Assembly: GCA_951406725.2 (NCBI GenBank)
Contig: OX597822.1
Coordinates: 50,282,001 to 50,346,000, forward strand
Direction of reading: 5' to 3'
Origin: Octopus vulgaris
Taxonomy: Eukaryota
Length of the DNA stretch: 64,000 bases
Under the pieces are notes generated by a model. That model was not told the DNA's origin, ran no database searches, and saw nothing but the letters and a program-made list of their open reading frames with translations. The position numbers and the translations under genes were made by a program. Below are positions 62,200-64,000 of the stretch, in pieces. Each line of letters starts with the position of its first letter. Position 1 is the first letter of the stretch.

Positions 62200-63700
62200 T
62201 CAAATTGTCCAATTTCATTTTATTTCTGAAAGGCTATTCGTCTCATAAGTTGCTGTAGCTACATGAGTGGTCTATCTGAGGTTTGTCTTCCAGTGTTACT
62301 TCGACAGAAAGCTTAAACGTTCTAAAACCATTCATAAATGTCTCAGTTCGTGCAGTAGGGAGGATGATGCAGTTCTACTTATTCGATTAATATATATGTG
62401 GCTATGTTTTATAATCAATGAGACGTTGTTCTCCTTAGTATCTTATGGGTAATACTCGTTAGCCGCACAAGAAGAGTCGAAGTTGCTCTAGAAAACTCGT
62501 GCTACTGCATTTTATTTGGATATGTAAAATGCGATTTAGTTCGCTTGTAATATTTCCAGTTTTATGGTAGAAAATTTGAGTATATCCTGAAGGGAACGAT
62601 GCCGTGATCTTCATTATTTTTTATGCTCAGTATAACATTAATGCTTGTTATAATTGTCGTAAATTTCTTGGGCTTCATATGTGTAATAAATTAGCAAATG
62701 GAGGCGTACAGTATCTGTGGTATAGAATGCTGAGGGGCTCTTAGATTGCTGAAACCTTCGTTTTATATCGTAAAGTTATTAAAATTTCACTAGTCTTCCT
62801 GCCAACGTATAACTGCCGGATTGTTTGGCAAATTATACTTTCGTATGGGAAGTACATGTTAGCACTGCTTAACTACAGAATGATGTTTCAATTATCTTGA
62901 TCCCCATCTATGCAAAGGTGTATCTGTTATCTATTAGAAACACTTTGGGATATTTCCGGAACAGTGTTATTGGTTGGGAACTACCACCTAACATTGTTGG
63001 TAGGTGTGTGATTCAAAGCTTGAGTATATACAAGACTTGCCACTCCGTTTCTATTGTTCAAAATGATACATATAATTTTTGTTGCCCCTAAAAATAACAC
63101 GTATATTTAATAGCAGAAAATGTACAATGTGTAGAAGTGATATAATGAGCAAGGTTTTGTGCGCGTGTTTGGTTTGCGTGGTTATAGAGATGTTCTTGCA
63201 CAGATCGCAACAAAGTAATGCAATTCTTTTCGGGGTGGTAAGGCAGTACGGCATGCATGTATCTTCTTATCATCAAGGGAAAAGTGAATGGACTGCATGT
63301 AGTTAATGGGCAGTCAGATTTCTCATGATTATTTTATGTGATGATGGATGAAAGTTGTTCTTTTGTCTTAGGAATTGAAAGTTAAATTTACTGAACTGTC
63401 CTGCTCTGGCGAATGGTCTAGTACTGGTTCGAATTGCGGAGTTATTAAGATATAAGGGTTAGAGTATTTTCTGACTGGAGACTCGTGCATTTTTCAGTAA
63501 TTGTTAATTTGAATATACCCCTTCTCTACGATTACATTCGAAACTCTTCATTTAGTCATTATTTTTGCAGTTATGATTTGGCATGCTTCAGCGAAAGGTG
63601 GTAATTCTCCTCCGAGAGTGTTCATACAATTTGTTCCATTACAGCTAAGATAAGCTAAGGAGAGGATGGCTAAGTAGATGAATATCAACTTTCCTGTCTA
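62200..63700 (-). mobile_element. Ancient RTE-like LINE remnant
   Basis: Scattered degraded RT-like words (RIALL, RSVQEHLY, IILPTARTET) in the expected order. Confidence 0.3.
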
Positions 63701-64000
63701 CGAATTTATACAGTGCTTAACTTAGACTCTGATATTCGAGTCGAGAATTGGTTCTGTATAATATGTTCATGCAATTGTCACCAAGTCTTCAACTGTAAGT
63801 AAATGTAATTTGAATTGTGCTCTTGTTTGGGCTGAAGAATAGAAATTAAACACACTGCTGTGTGAGAAACAAATTTATAAAGGATGTTTTGTCAAAATAC
63901 CAGTAGCTTTATGTTTTTTCCATTACAAAGTGCGTGTATATCACGACCCTGTGTACTCTCTAGAGGACGAACCAAAAGAGTACTACGATGAAGATTGCTG

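Overview
AT-rich, microsatellite-dense eukaryotic DNA with no supportable intact host gene. The SINE families, mariners and (TA)n/(CA)n/(GA)n load resemble an Octopus (coleoid cephalopod) intergenic or intronic region; this is inference. The window is mostly nested transposon remnants: two tRNA-derived SINE families, mariner/Tc1 copies and a MITE, CR1-like, RTE, L1/Tx1, HERO-like and a young Dong/R4-type LINE sitting in (TAA)n, a Gypsy gag fragment, Helitrons and Penelope-like (PLE) fragments. The most notable signal is a set of about nine type-I hammerhead ribozyme (HHR) motifs in short non-coding elements, mostly embedded in (TA)n. Two are canonical and covary with each other (32894-32976, 40707-40769), and each lies between long inverted arms. 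At 32.6 kb and in a third foldback (53188-53988) the inverted arm ends at the predicted cleavage site. A second family carries a non-canonical CUGUNGAA core. Together they suggest a system of non-autonomous, ribozyme-processed PLE-type retroelements. All structures were read by eye; no database searches or folding programs were run.
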